From an uncultured Dehalococcoidia bacterium (GTDB taxonomy: Bacteria; Chloroflexota; Dehalococcoidia; Lucifugimonadales; UBA3495), in the NCBI GenBank assembly GCA_950072105.1, contig CATMOE010000001.1, positions 64,001 through 128,000 of the forward strand: DNA of 64,000 bases, given 5' to 3'. Positions within the stretch are counted from its first letter, which is position 1, and each line of letters opens with the position of its first letter. Both the position numbers and the translations under genes were made by a program. The notes beneath the pieces are model-generated. The model was not told where the DNA came from, ran no database searches, and saw only the letters and a list, made by a program, of their open reading frames with translations. Below, piece after piece: positions 39,600 to 49,840 of this stretch.

Positions 39600-40088
39600 T
39601 TAAACGAACCGTGCCTCCGCCGCCGCGATCGCCTTCTCCACGGCGTCCACCGGGTCAGACGCTTGAATCATGGCTTTGTCCACCGGCTGGCCGTCCCCGT
39701 TTCGGGATAGCGGCCAGGTATTCAGGGCAACCACGGGTATGCCGTCACCCAAAGCGTGTGCAATCTCCGACAGAGTTCCGAAAGCGCCGCCGATGGCGAT
39801 CACGGCATCTCCGGTGTGGACCACAATCACGTTTCGCGAAAAACCCATGGTGGTAACAATCGGAATGTCCACATAGGAGTTGGCGTCCCGGCTTGAACGT
39901 CCCGGTAGTATGCCGATGGTGGTCCCACCCGCCGATTTAGCACCCCGGCAGGCCGCTTCCATGATGCCGCTAAGCCCGCCGCAGACCAGGCCAACACCGC
40001 GATTGGCCAGCTCCCGGCCAACTTCTTCAGCCAATCGAATATGATCAGGATTGGTGGGACTGCTGCCGCCGATGACCGCTATAATCAT
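39600..40088 (-). CDS. TIGR00725-type LOG/DprA-related Rossmann-fold protein
   Basis: CGGLSGIMEAACRGA, IGILPG, SRN, GGAFGTLSEI. Confidence 0.85.
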   Translation of the reverse strand: MIIAVIGGSSPTNPDHIRLAEEVGRELANRGVGLVCGGLSGIMEAACRGAKSAGGTTIGILPGRSSRDANSYVDIPIVTTMGFSRNVIVVHTGDAVIAIGGAFGTLSEIAHALGDGIPVVALNTWPLSRNGDGQPVDKAMIQASDPVDAVEKAIAAAEARFV

Positions 40089-40130
40089 TTTTCCAAATCC
40101 ATCTCAGCAACTCTTGCCGCCCGATCGGAA

Positions 40131-41633
40131 CTAAAGACCGGGCAGAATTGCATGGCTGGCCGCGTCAATAACGGCCAAGAATGGCGCCGGGTAAACTCCC
40201 ACCCAGAATACCCCCACCAGGCTAACGCTCTGAACCATGAGGATCAAAGGCGAAGTGGAAACTTCCGGACCGGTGGGGATGTAGACTTCTTCTCCAGCGA
40301 TCGCCTCCGCCACTTCTTCCACGGGGCGGATGTACATCTGTCGAATGACCTGTAAATAATAATACAAGGAGATCAAGCTGCTGAAGATAGCCAATCCGGC
40401 CAACCAGAGTAGTCCTTGGCTGGCCAAAGCGGTGAAGAGGTAGAACTTGATCGTGAACCCGGCGAAGATCGGCATTCCGCCGAGAGAGAACAATCCGATG
40501 GCGATGGTCGCCGCCAAGAATGGCTGTCCATCGGCCAATCCCCTAAAGGCCGAGATGTCTTCCCGTCCGGTCATATTGAAAAAGGAAATCAACCCGGCGA
40601 ACACCAGCATGTTGGTCAGCGAGTAACCCACCAGGTACAGCATCACACCACTGGCCGGGAGTATGGAGTCCGCGGACAACGCCGCCACGCCGGTCAGGAT
40701 TATGCCGACTTGGCCGACGCTTGAGTAAGCCATCAATCGCTTGATGTTGTGCTGCGCCAAGGCGACCAAGTTCCCTGTCAGCATAGTTATCGCCGCCATC
40801 ACCGCTACGACGATCCGCCACTGGTCGGCAGCGGGCAAAAATCCTTCGGAGAACAACCGAAGCACCAGGGCGAAAGCGGCCGCTTTTGAGCCGATGGCCA
40901 GGTATGCGGTCACCGGGAAAGGAGCCCCTTCGTAAACGTCGGGCGCCCACATATGAAACGGTACCGCGGCCAGCTTGAATCCCAGTCCCACCAGAATCAA
41001 GGCCATGCCGACCCACAACGCCGGGCTAACATCGCCGGTATTGGCCAAAGCGGCGCTGATAGAGGCGAACTGGGTCACTCCCAGAGTGCTGTAAACCATG
41101 CTGACGCCGTAGAGCAAAACGGCCGACGAGAACGCTCCGATGATGATGTACTTCAGACCGGCCTCGTTGGACTTGGCCTCGTTCCTAGCGTAGGCCGCCA
41201 GCACATAGAGGCAGAAGCTAAGCAATTCCAGGGAGATGTACGCGGTTAGCAGCTCCCTGGACTGGGCCATCACGTTCATGCCGAGGATGGAAAACAAGAT
41301 CAAACCGTAGAACTCGCCCCGGCTGGTCAGGTTCTTTTCCACGTAGTCCATGGAGCTTAGGATGATGAAGATACCCAGCCCCAGGAAAAATATCTTGAAG
41401 AACAGCGAGAACGCGTCAACGGCCAGTAGACCGCCATACAGAGTCTCGTTTTCACCCCAAAGCATCTTAAGGGAAAGCGCGATCAGTCCCAATAAGCCGG
41501 CGATCGACAACCATCCCAGCAGATTCTTCCGGTTCTGGGGAACGACCAAGTCGACGGCCAATACAAGCAGGGCAAGTCCCGCCAGAGCGAACTCCGGGGT
41601 CAGCAGTTGTAGATTAGCGGTTAAGCCGGGCAT
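40131..41633 (-). CDS. nuoN: NADH-quinone oxidoreductase subunit N
   Basis: SNEAGLKY, FKLAAVPFHMWAPDVYEGAP; last gene of the nuo cluster. Confidence 0.93.
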   Translation of the reverse strand: MPGLTANLQLLTPEFALAGLALLVLAVDLVVPQNRKNLLGWLSIAGLLGLIALSLKMLWGENETLYGGLLAVDAFSLFFKIFFLGLGIFIILSSMDYVEKNLTSRGEFYGLILFSILGMNVMAQSRELLTAYISLELLSFCLYVLAAYARNEAKSNEAGLKYIIIGAFSSAVLLYGVSMVYSTLGVTQFASISAALANTGDVSPALWVGMALILVGLGFKLAAVPFHMWAPDVYEGAPFPVTAYLAIGSKAAAFALVLRLFSEGFLPAADQWRIVVAVMAAITMLTGNLVALAQHNIKRLMAYSSVGQVGIILTGVAALSADSILPASGVMLYLVGYSLTNMLVFAGLISFFNMTGREDISAFRGLADGQPFLAATIAIGLFSLGGMPIFAGFTIKFYLFTALASQGLLWLAGLAIFSSLISLYYYLQVIRQMYIRPVEEVAEAIAGEEVYIPTGPEVSTSPLILMVQSVSLVGVFWVGVYPAPFLAVIDAASHAILPGL

Positions 41634-41639
41634 CTGATC

Positions 41640-43151
41640 CTACACTCCGGGGAGGGCGTCTACGCTGACATTGATGAGCCGCAGCAAGGGCTCGGGCCAG
41701 ACACCCACGAATATAATGATTAATACGAAGGCGCCGCCCACCGCCTTCTCCACGGGACTGGCATCGGTGAGATGCTCCCATCTGGCATCTGACTCCCCCA
41801 AAAACGTGAGGGCCAGCAGCCGCAAGATGTAAACCGCCGTCAACGCCGCGCCGATGACGGCCAGAATCGCCAATGGTAAATAGGTGCGGAAGGCCCCGGT
41901 GAACACCATAAACTCGGCGATGAACCCGCTCAATCCGGGCAGACCCAACGAAGCCAGTCCGGCGATCGCGAAGAAGAAGCCCGTGACCCCCATGCGGCTG
42001 AACAACCCCTTCAGCGCATATATGTCGCGGGTGTGGGTCCGGTCATAGATCGCCCCAACCAAAAGGAACATGAGGGCCGTCATTATCCCGTGGGAGAACA
42101 TCTGGAGCACGGCCCCGCCGACACCGATGCGGTCCAAGGTGGCGATACCCATCAGAACGTAACCCATGTGGCTAACGCTGGAGTAACCGATAATATACTT
42201 GAGGTCAGTTTGGGACATGGCCGACACCGCGCCGTAGAGGACGTTGACCGTGCCCAGCGTGATCAATACGGGCATCCAGTTTTCCGCGCCCTCGGGGACG
42301 ATCACCATGCCAACCCGGATGATGCCGTAAGCCCCTAGTTTCATCAGCACTCCCGCATGCAACATGCTGACCGCCGTGGGCGCTGACACGTGCCCGTCGG
42401 GGGACCAGGTATGGAAGGGCCACATGCCTGCCAGGACGCCGAAACCGACCATGAACAGAGGGAAAACCCAGGTTTGAAACTCCTCGCTAAGCTGGCCTGC
42501 TTCGGCCAACCTGCCCAAGGTCTCCATCGAGAAGGTGGGGAACCCGGATTCGGCCGCCCCCATGTATACCGCCAGGATGCCGATCCAAACCAACACACTA
42601 CCGGCCACGAGGAACAGAAACAACTTCGTCGCCGCGTATTCTTTGGCCCGGAAGAAAGTCCGGAAGTCGGTGGAACTACCCCATACGCCGATGAGTAGGT
42701 ACATCGGCAGCACGGCCAGTTCGTAGAAGAAAAAGAGGAAGAACAGATCCCGCACCGCGAACGTCCCAAAGACACCCGTACCCAATGCCAGCAACAGAAC
42801 GAAGAAGTCCCGAGGCCGGTAGACGATGTTCTGAGAGACCAGCACGCCACCCAACAGAATGATCCCGTTGAGCAAGATCAAAAGAGCGCTTATCCCATCG
42901 ATCCCCAGGGACAGATTGATGTCCAGCGGGGCGGGAAGCCATAGATAGCTGTCCTGGAATTGGAACCCACCCGCTCCATAGTCGTACCGGAGGAAGATAT
43001 ACAGGGAAAGCGCGAAGCACAGTCCGGCGACGACGATGGCGAAGTACCAAACGTCCTTCTGACGGTCGGCCGGCATGAACATAGCCGCGATCGCTCCCGC
43101 CAAGGGAACGAAGATGATCAGCGCCAGAGCTATTTGGTCAAAGTTTTCCAT
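41640..43151 (-). CDS. nuoM: NADH-quinone oxidoreductase subunit M
   Basis: PFHTWSPDGHVSAPT, LMKLGAYG, LGLPGLSGFIAEF. Confidence 0.93.
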   Translation of the reverse strand: MENFDQIALALIIFVPLAGAIAAMFMPADRQKDVWYFAIVVAGLCFALSLYIFLRYDYGAGGFQFQDSYLWLPAPLDINLSLGIDGISALLILLNGIILLGGVLVSQNIVYRPRDFFVLLLALGTGVFGTFAVRDLFFLFFFYELAVLPMYLLIGVWGSSTDFRTFFRAKEYAATKLFLFLVAGSVLVWIGILAVYMGAAESGFPTFSMETLGRLAEAGQLSEEFQTWVFPLFMVGFGVLAGMWPFHTWSPDGHVSAPTAVSMLHAGVLMKLGAYGIIRVGMVIVPEGAENWMPVLITLGTVNVLYGAVSAMSQTDLKYIIGYSSVSHMGYVLMGIATLDRIGVGGAVLQMFSHGIMTALMFLLVGAIYDRTHTRDIYALKGLFSRMGVTGFFFAIAGLASLGLPGLSGFIAEFMVFTGAFRTYLPLAILAVIGAALTAVYILRLLALTFLGESDARWEHLTDASPVEKAVGGAFVLIIIFVGVWPEPLLRLINVSVDALPGV

Positions 43152-43158
43152 GCTATCC

Positions 43159-45096
43159 CTAGGACACCGACCTGAACCACCAGAAAATGGACAGGGCTAT
43201 CGTGCCTAGCACCATTCCCATGGCGTAACTATAAACATGACCGGTCACGTGCAGTCGCATGGCAACCCCTAGCCGATGGACTGAATTGGCCGGCCCGTTA
43301 ACGGCCAGGTCGTTGATAACGATGCGGTCGAACAAACCGATGAAATTCGCGAAGACCAGCACCACTCGGTCCACCGCCCACTGGTAGGCCTCGTCAAAGT
43401 AGTACTTGTTCTCCACCACTGGGATCAAACTACCCAATCTCGCCCGGAATCCCTCCAGGGAGACGCGATCTTTAATGTACACCAGATACCCAAGGATAAA
43501 CGCACCCACCGCCAAGATTATAGAAAGGATGCCCAACCACCAGTTGAAGTGGAAGCCCTCGGCCTCGTGGAAAAATAAGAAGCTGCCGATGCCTTGGTAG
43601 CTGCCCGGCCAGTTGAAGCTGACGAAACCAAAAACAGCCGCCAACACTCCCAGCAGGGCCATCGGACCTATCATCGACGCCGGAGATTCATGGGCATGCT
43701 CCATCTCTTGACGCAAGTTACCAAAGAAGGGCACGAACATCGCCCGGGCCATGTACATGGCGCTGAGGAACGCCGTCAGCAGAGCCAAAATGATGAAGGC
43801 CGGGTTAAGGTGTTCGTTCACCGCCAACAGGATCTCGTCTTTGCTCCAGAACCCGCTTAGGATAGGAATCCCACCCAGGGACAGCGCCCCTAGGGAAAAG
43901 AGAAAAGCCGTCATGGGCATCACTTTACGAAGTCCGCCCATCTTCCTGATGTCTAGCTCATCGGTACCGTGCATGACGCTCCCAGCACCCAGGAACAACA
44001 ACGCCTTGGCAAAGCCATGGGCCAACAGGTGGAAGATTGCCGCAGTGTAACCGAATGCCCCCAGGGACAGCATCATCAATCCCAAATGGCTGATGGTTGA
44101 ATAAGCAAGGATTCGCTTCAGGTCCACCGAAACCAGGGCGATCGTCGAGGCCATCAAGGCGGTGATGAGACCGACGATCGCGACCACTAATAGGGCGTCG
44201 CCGTCGTAGGCGCTGAATATGGGGTAAACCCGGGCTACCAGGAATACACCGGCCACGACCATTGTGGCGGCGTGGATCAGGGCGCTGACCGGGGTTGGGC
44301 CCTCCATGGCGTCGGGCAGCCACACGTGGAAGGGGAATTGGGCGGACTTGCCCATCGCCCCAAGGAACAGCAGCAGGGCCGCGACAGTGGTAACGCCCTC
44401 GGACATCGCCCCACTGCTAACCGCCTCAAAGGCGTCGAACATGCTGAAGGTGCCCACTTCCCGCCAGATCAGCAGGATACCAATGAGCATTCCCACGTCG
44501 CCAATACGGGTGACGATGAAAGCTTTTTTGGCCGCTTCCTTGGCTGCCGGTCTTTCGTGCCAGAAGCCGATCAGCAGATAAGAACAGATCCCCACCAACT
44601 CCCAAGCTACGTAAAGCAACAGGAAGTTGTCGGCCAAGACCAAGGTCAACATGGCGGCGGCGAACATGGCGTGGACGGCATAATACCAGCCGAACCGGGA
44701 GTCGCCGCGCATATATCCCAGGGAATATATCTGGACCATCAGAGCCACGAAAGTAACCAGACCCAGCATGGCCAACGTCAGCGGATCTACGATTATGCCC
44801 CAGGTCAGGGCAACGCTGCCGGCCGCCCCGGCCAGACCGGCATGGAACCAAGCCATCTGGTAATGGCAGGTCAGGGTCCCCGTATGTGAGCTTACTAAGC
44901 AGTTTTCCGTGCCGGCGCCCGCCCCCAGGAAACCGGCGAACACCCACCAGAACATGGCAAAACCGGCGGCAATGGCCAAGATAGCCAAGAACGATCCACT
45001 TCCCGGCAAGACCCGTCCCAACACCACGATCAACGGGGCGGCGGCAAAGCTGAACACGGGAATCAGCCAGGCCCACTCCATACTAAGCGCCCCCAT
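43159..45096 (-). CDS. nuoL: NADH-quinone oxidoreductase subunit L
   Basis: GKSAQFPFHVWLPDAMEGPTPVSALIHAATMV, GFWSKDEI. Confidence 0.95.
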   Translation of the reverse strand: MGALSMEWAWLIPVFSFAAAPLIVVLGRVLPGSGSFLAILAIAAGFAMFWWVFAGFLGAGAGTENCLVSSHTGTLTCHYQMAWFHAGLAGAAGSVALTWGIIVDPLTLAMLGLVTFVALMVQIYSLGYMRGDSRFGWYYAVHAMFAAAMLTLVLADNFLLLYVAWELVGICSYLLIGFWHERPAAKEAAKKAFIVTRIGDVGMLIGILLIWREVGTFSMFDAFEAVSSGAMSEGVTTVAALLLFLGAMGKSAQFPFHVWLPDAMEGPTPVSALIHAATMVVAGVFLVARVYPIFSAYDGDALLVVAIVGLITALMASTIALVSVDLKRILAYSTISHLGLMMLSLGAFGYTAAIFHLLAHGFAKALLFLGAGSVMHGTDELDIRKMGGLRKVMPMTAFLFSLGALSLGGIPILSGFWSKDEILLAVNEHLNPAFIILALLTAFLSAMYMARAMFVPFFGNLRQEMEHAHESPASMIGPMALLGVLAAVFGFVSFNWPGSYQGIGSFLFFHEAEGFHFNWWLGILSIILAVGAFILGYLVYIKDRVSLEGFRARLGSLIPVVENKYYFDEAYQWAVDRVVLVFANFIGLFDRIVINDLAVNGPANSVHRLGVAMRLHVTGHVYSYAMGMVLGTIALSIFWWFRSVS

Positions 45097-45102
45097 CCGA
45101 AA

Positions 45103-45133
45103 GCTGACCGCTGATAGCTGATAGCTGACAGCT
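45103..45133. repeat. Tandem heptamer (GCTGANN)x4 between nuoK and nuoL
   Basis: GCTGACC GCTGATA GCTGATA GCTGACA GCT. Confidence 0.8.
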
Positions 45134-45135
45134 AA

Positions 45136-45465
45136 TTACCATTTCATCAGGTCCACTTCATCCACGTTTACCGAGCCCCGGTTGCGGTAGATGCGCAGAA
45201 TTATCGCCAGCGCCAACCCCAACTCGGCGGCCGCCACGGTGATCACGAAGATGGCGATGATCTGGCCATCGAAGTTGGTGAATGCTTCCCCAACGCTGCG
45301 GTAGCCCAAATGGGAGGCAGCGGCGATCAGATTTATGTTCACGGCATTGAGCATCAACTCGATGGACATGACGATAAGGACGGCGGACCGGCGCGCCAGA
45401 ACACCGTACATCCCTATGACAAATAGAGCCGCGCTTAGCAACTGAAAGTAGACTAGATCAACCAC
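45136..45465 (-). CDS. nuoK: NADH-quinone oxidoreductase subunit K
   Basis: [22 protein letters not shown]. Confidence 0.93.
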   Translation of the reverse strand: MVDLVYFQLLSAALFVIGMYGVLARRSAVLIVMSIELMLNAVNINLIAAASHLGYRSVGEAFTNFDGQIIAIFVITVAAAELGLALAIILRIYRNRGSVNVDEVDLMKW

Positions 45466-45468
45466 GGG

Positions 45469-45957
45469 TTAGGTCCCTTCCTCGTTTTCCCGGGCAATGA
45501 TGATCGCCCCGATAAGCGCCACCAGCAGGACGAGGGAAGCTATCTCGAAGGGAATAGCCCATCTGGTAAACAATGAGTTGGCCAGATCGGTCAGCGCCGG
45601 GTTGTGAGGCTGGGTATCGATCGCCGCTTTCGTCCAAAACGACCCAGCCAGCACGGCCAGCGTGGCTACCGACGCTACCGCGGCCAATGGCCACTGCCGG
45701 TTATCGGTGATCCGGGGATATTCGGCGGTGCGGGTGAGCATGATCGCGAACAACAGGACGATGGTTATTGCCCCGCCATAGATGAGAACCTGAACGATGG
45801 CCAAGAATTCAGCGAACAGGATCAGGTATATCCCGGCCACCGCCAGCAACGACAGAAGCAGCGCTAAGGCGGCGTGCACCACGTTTCTGGTGGCCACGAC
45901 ACCCAGACCTCCGCCCAAGGTCAATACCGCCAATACGATGAACAATATCCAAGACAT
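45469..45957 (-). CDS. nuoJ: NADH-quinone oxidoreductase subunit J
   Basis: AEFLAIVQVLIYGGAI, PFEIASLVLLVALIGA. Confidence 0.93.
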   Translation of the reverse strand: MSWILFIVLAVLTLGGGLGVVATRNVVHAALALLLSLLAVAGIYLILFAEFLAIVQVLIYGGAITIVLLFAIMLTRTAEYPRITDNRQWPLAAVASVATLAVLAGSFWTKAAIDTQPHNPALTDLANSLFTRWAIPFEIASLVLLVALIGAIIIARENEEGT

Positions 45958-46176
45958 CTCTACGCGGCCAACTTAGCGAAAGAATGAACGTAAGACATCA
46001 CAACGACAGGCGGCGCTCCAAAAACATAATGAATGGAGATCAATCTTGACCGGACTCCCCTCATGCAGTCACCCAGTACCGGGCAAATAATGAGCCACCT
46101 TATAGGCGGCTCCGGAAACAATTGCTTGTTGATCGAAGGCCATTCGGCGTCACGATATAAGGCTGCTCCACTGTTT

Positions 46177-46752
46177 TCAAGAAGATGATTCCGAACCTTC
46201 GGTTTCCCCATCGCCGGCCACGGCCGGTGCGGCCTCCGGTTCTGGTTTGGCCCGTTTGGTGGGTGGGATCCAGCCGGTCTCCCGTTGAAATTTGGTCCCG
46301 ATCTCCAGAAGGACCGGGAGGTTGACCCGGTCACCGTTGCGCTTGAAGGTACTCATTTCGTGCTCGTGACTCATCACGATGGCGTCAAAGTTGCACACCT
46401 CGACGCAGATCCCGCACAGTATACACCGGTTGAGATTGATTTCGAAGCTGTCTACGATCTTTCTACGGGTGCTCTTCCCTTCTTGTTGGAGTGGGTTGTC
46501 CTTCATCGTCGCCGTCATGCACTGGGTTGGGCAGTGACGGATGCAGACCATGCAACTGGTGCAGAATGGCTCCTCTATTTCGCCGTCCCACGTCAGGGCC
46601 GGGAAACCCATAAACCGGTCCTGCACCGGGGTGGGAGCCTCTTCCCGCTTCCAAAGCGTTCCCGTCGACGGATATTGGCGCGTCACCGGACTGCGCAACC
46701 CGTTCATGGTGGAGACCAAGGTCAACAAGAGACCTTTAATGCTATTTATCAT
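46177..46752 (-). CDS. nuoI: NADH-quinone oxidoreductase subunit I
   Basis: Two 4Fe-4S motifs, CTSCMVCIRHCP and CILCGICVEVC. Confidence 0.92.
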   Translation of the reverse strand: MINSIKGLLLTLVSTMNGLRSPVTRQYPSTGTLWKREEAPTPVQDRFMGFPALTWDGEIEEPFCTSCMVCIRHCPTQCMTATMKDNPLQQEGKSTRRKIVDSFEINLNRCILCGICVEVCNFDAIVMSHEHEMSTFKRNGDRVNLPVLLEIGTKFQRETGWIPPTKRAKPEPEAAPAVAGDGETEGSESSS

Positions 46753-46782
46753 CAGTTATTCCTGCGTGCCATGGTGCACCCC

Positions 46783-47922
46783 TTACTGGCCGGATCGGGA
46801 TTGGAGGGCTAGGTACCTGGCTCGCACCTGAGCCGCCTGGCTGGCCGGTCCCGCAAAACGCCGGTAGATCGCGTATCCCACCACCGCCAATCCGGCCAGG
46901 GACATCAGGGTCAACGTCCACGGGGGCAATCCGTAGAAAAGGTACACGGCGGTGATGACGATGGCATAGAACGATAATGGGACCATCACCTTCCAGGCAA
47001 AGGCCATCAACTGGTCGATGCGCAGGCGCGGGAACGTTCCCCTGATCCAGAAGATCACCAGTATCACCGCGTACACTTTGGCCAGGAACCAGATAATTTC
47101 CCAGTTGCCCGTCAAGAAGGGACCAGACCATCCTCCCAGGAACAGCAGAACCGTCAGGGCAGCCACGGCGAAAGTGTTGATGTATTCCGCCAGGAAGAAC
47201 ACCGACCAATGGGCGCCGCTGTACTCGACGAACGGGCCGCCCACGATCTCCGATTCGGCAAAATAGATGTCGAAGGGTGTTCTGCCGACCTCCGCCAGCC
47301 CGGCGATGAAGAAAATCACCAATCCCAGGGGAAACACCAGGACATAGGGATAGGAACTTTGCTTCTCCACGATCTCGACCATGTTCAAAGACTGGGCCAG
47401 CATGGCGACGGCGATTACCACCATGATTACCGGAATCTCATAGCTGATCAACTGGGCCGCCGCCCTGAGACCTCCCAGGGTTCCGTACTTGTTGGCGGAC
47501 CCCCAACCGGCCAGCACCAGGCCAAGGATTCCCACCACGGAAAACGCGATTATGTAAAACAAACCCAGATCGCCCAGGTTCTTCAATACCAGATTCCCAG
47601 TGCCCGGGATGGTGACCCAAATCATGAACGCCGGCACGACGACCAGGACCGGGGCTATCCAAAATATGGCTTTCTCCGACGACGTGGGAACAATGTCTTC
47701 TTTGAGGATCAACTTCAGGGCGTCGGCAATCGGTTGCATCAACCCCATCGGGCCGGTCCGGGTTGGCCCCAATCGCCGCTGTAGCCTGCCGAGCAACTTC
47801 CGCTCCAGCCAAGTTAGGGACAATACCACCACCGAAAGGGCGGTGAACATGGCCAACAGCCCGGCTACGATCCAGAAGAGCGTGATCAGGTTAACCGACA
47901 GCAGAGGAATGGGCAGGCTCAC
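46783..47922 (-). CDS. nuoH: NADH-quinone oxidoreductase subunit H
   Basis: ERK...QRRLGP, QPIADALK, RTPFD..AESEIVGG. Confidence 0.94.
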   Translation of the reverse strand: MSLPIPLLSVNLITLFWIVAGLLAMFTALSVVVLSLTWLERKLLGRLQRRLGPTRTGPMGLMQPIADALKLILKEDIVPTSSEKAIFWIAPVLVVVPAFMIWVTIPGTGNLVLKNLGDLGLFYIIAFSVVGILGLVLAGWGSANKYGTLGGLRAAAQLISYEIPVIMVVIAVAMLAQSLNMVEIVEKQSSYPYVLVFPLGLVIFFIAGLAEVGRTPFDIYFAESEIVGGPFVEYSGAHWSVFFLAEYINTFAVAALTVLLFLGGWSGPFLTGNWEIIWFLAKVYAVILVIFWIRGTFPRLRIDQLMAFAWKVMVPLSFYAIVITAVYLFYGLPPWTLTLMSLAGLAVVGYAIYRRFAGPASQAAQVRARYLALQSRSGQ

Positions 47923-49049
47923 CGGTCCACCTCACCCAACACGATATCCAGAGAACCCAGGACCACCACCGTGTCGGCGATCCAAGTGTCCTTCAACAGG
48001 TGCTTGATGGCCGACAAGTTGCAGAAAGACGGCGGGCGAACCTTTAGCCGGTATGGTTTATCGGTGCCGTCGCAGACCAGGTAAACACCGATCTCACCCC
48101 GGGGATTCTCCGTCCTTACGTAAACTTCTCCTTTGGGGGGCCGAGGCAGCCGTCTTCCTAAAGAGGAAGTGACGTTGCCCTTAGGCATCTGTTTCAGGGC
48201 TTGCTCCAGAATCTTCATGGATTCGTACATCTCTTGGACGCGGACAAAATGGCGATCCCAACAGTCGCCGTCCAAACCGGTAGGCACATTAAATTCGAAC
48301 CGCTCATACACCGAATAAGGGTCAGCCTTACGAAGGTCATAGTCCACACCGCAGGCCCGCAGGCAGGGGCCGGTCAGTCCGAAATCCAGTGCGTCTTCCA
48401 CGGATATGGCTGCCACTCCTTTGAGCCGGGCCAGGAAGATCTCGTTAAAAGTCAGGAGCTTATCGGCCTCCTCGATGTCTGCTTGCAGCAGAGGCATCAA
48501 TTCGCCAACCATTTCCTCAAAGTTGTCCGGCAGGTCTTCTTTAAGTCCCCCGATCCTGAAGTAATTGTGCATCATGCGGGCGCCGGAGACGGCCTCGAAT
48601 AAGGACTGGACTCGTTCCCGCCCACGGAAGCAGATCATAGAAGGAGTCATTGCTCCGGCATCCAGACCCATGGTCGCCACGAACAGCAGATGGCTGGCGA
48701 TGCGGTTCAACTCGCACAGGATGACCCGCACGTACTCCGCCCGCTCCGGCACAGTCAGACCCATCAATTTTTCAACGGCGGCGCAATAGACCAATTCGTT
48801 ATTGAAATTGGCCAGGTAATCCATCCGGTCGAAAAGGGTAATGACCTGGTGAAATTGCTCACCTTCGCACAGTTTCTCCGAACCCCGGTGCAAGTAGCCG
48901 ATGTGGGGCTCCACGTCGGTGACCTTCTCGCCGTCAACCCAGAGCACCATGCGAAAAACCCCGTGGGTAGACGGGTGCTGCGGGCCCATGTTAAGCAGCA
49001 TCTCCATGGGTTCACCCCGGGCAACCACTCCAGTCGGGATATTGGTCAT
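47919..49049 (-). CDS. nuoD: NADH-quinone oxidoreductase subunit D
   Basis: NMGPQHPSTHGVFR, GYLHRG, C-terminal GEVDR. Confidence 0.95.
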   Translation of the reverse strand: MTNIPTGVVARGEPMEMLLNMGPQHPSTHGVFRMVLWVDGEKVTDVEPHIGYLHRGSEKLCEGEQFHQVITLFDRMDYLANFNNELVYCAAVEKLMGLTVPERAEYVRVILCELNRIASHLLFVATMGLDAGAMTPSMICFRGRERVQSLFEAVSGARMMHNYFRIGGLKEDLPDNFEEMVGELMPLLQADIEEADKLLTFNEIFLARLKGVAAISVEDALDFGLTGPCLRACGVDYDLRKADPYSVYERFEFNVPTGLDGDCWDRHFVRVQEMYESMKILEQALKQMPKGNVTSSLGRRLPRPPKGEVYVRTENPRGEIGVYLVCDGTDKPYRLKVRPPSFCNLSAIKHLLKDTWIADTVVVLGSLDIVLGEVDR

Positions 49050-49128
49050 CGCCTAACCTTTTTCAAGTTTTTAGTATCCAGCATTTTCATTGTTTGTCTG
49101 AAATCCTCTCTCGGGAAATTCCGTTCTA

Positions 49129-49220
49129 GCCCCCTTTTATAAAGGGGGTTGGGGGATTTCGGTCCCCCATCCGCACACCCGGTGCTGGTCCCCATTTATA
49201 AAGGAGGGTCGGGGGGATTT
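49129..49220. repeat. Two direct copies of REP-like family A element
   Basis: GCCCCCTTTTATAAAGGGGGTTGGGGGATTT and CCCCATTTATAAAGGAGGGTCGGGGGGATTT. Confidence 0.7.
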
Positions 49221-49579
49221 CCCGGCATCAATCCCTCAAGTCCCTCGAGCAACCCCGACTCGCTGTCCAGCATCAAGATCTTAGGTTCCCGGGCCGGAAT
49301 CACGGCATCGCTAACCCAACGGTCCCCGTCATCATAGAATCCTGCTTCTATCAGCACGTCTTCCAAGATTCCCAACCGGTCGCAGTCCTCCAGATAAGAA
49401 CTCACTTCTCGCTGCAAAGCCTCCTTGGCTTCCTCGGGCGTGTCGCCGAACCCAAGCAAAATGAGTTCCGGACAATACGCCTGGTAGGTCTTGCCAGAAA
49501 GTGACTCCTCTACTTGATAAACTACGCGATCTCCGGGCCCATCGCTTTCCCCGTCGTTTACCAACGAGCTCTGCTCCAA
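49196..49579 (-). CDS. HicB-like (partial RNase H fold) protein inside the nuo operon
   Basis: YQAYCPEL.L.GFGDTPEEAKEALQREV pattern typical of the HicB N-terminal domain. Confidence 0.65.
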   Translation of the reverse strand: MEQSSLVNDGESDGPGDRVVYQVEESLSGKTYQAYCPELILLGFGDTPEEAKEALQREVSSYLEDCDRLGILEDVLIEAGFYDDGDRWVSDAVIPAREPKILMLDSESGLLEGLEGLMPGNPPDPPL

Positions 49580-49589
49580 TCAACCCCGA

Positions 49590-49835
49590 TTAATCCACAA
49601 ACTCCAATTGCAATTCGGTTTCCTCAGCTACGCCCGGAAATCCGGCGTCGGCCAAAAGCTGCTCCAAAGTGTCCGTACCGTCGTTCTCCTCGATCCAGGA
49701 GCGCATCGTCTGAATCAATTGGTCTTGCGCTTCCTCAACCGACTCGCCAACTCCCTCCAAGGGAAGCTGGTCAACCTTGGCAAGGAAGTGATCGCTGTCC
49801 CAAATCACTCGAGCCGTCAGCATCACCGATTCCAT
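49590..49835 (-). CDS. HicB-like acidic protein inside the nuo operon (paralog of 49196..49579)
   Basis: FLAKVDQLPLEGVGESVEEAQDQL; ATG 5 nt after the nuoC stop with AGGAG upstream. Confidence 0.6.
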   Translation of the reverse strand: MESVMLTARVIWDSDHFLAKVDQLPLEGVGESVEEAQDQLIQTMRSWIEENDGTDTLEQLLADAGFPGVAEETELQLEFVD

Positions 49836-49840
49836 CGCGA

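Noticed and set aside
45103..45133. CRISPR array
   Set aside because: 7-nt tandem units without spacers; no cas genes anywhere in the window
45960..46334. 124-aa ORF between nuoI and nuoJ
   Set aside because: Half of it overlaps nuoI out of frame, and it has no motif
49196..49835. Complete HicAB toxin-antitoxin module
   Set aside because: Both ORFs are acidic and HicB-like; no basic HicA with the conserved His is present
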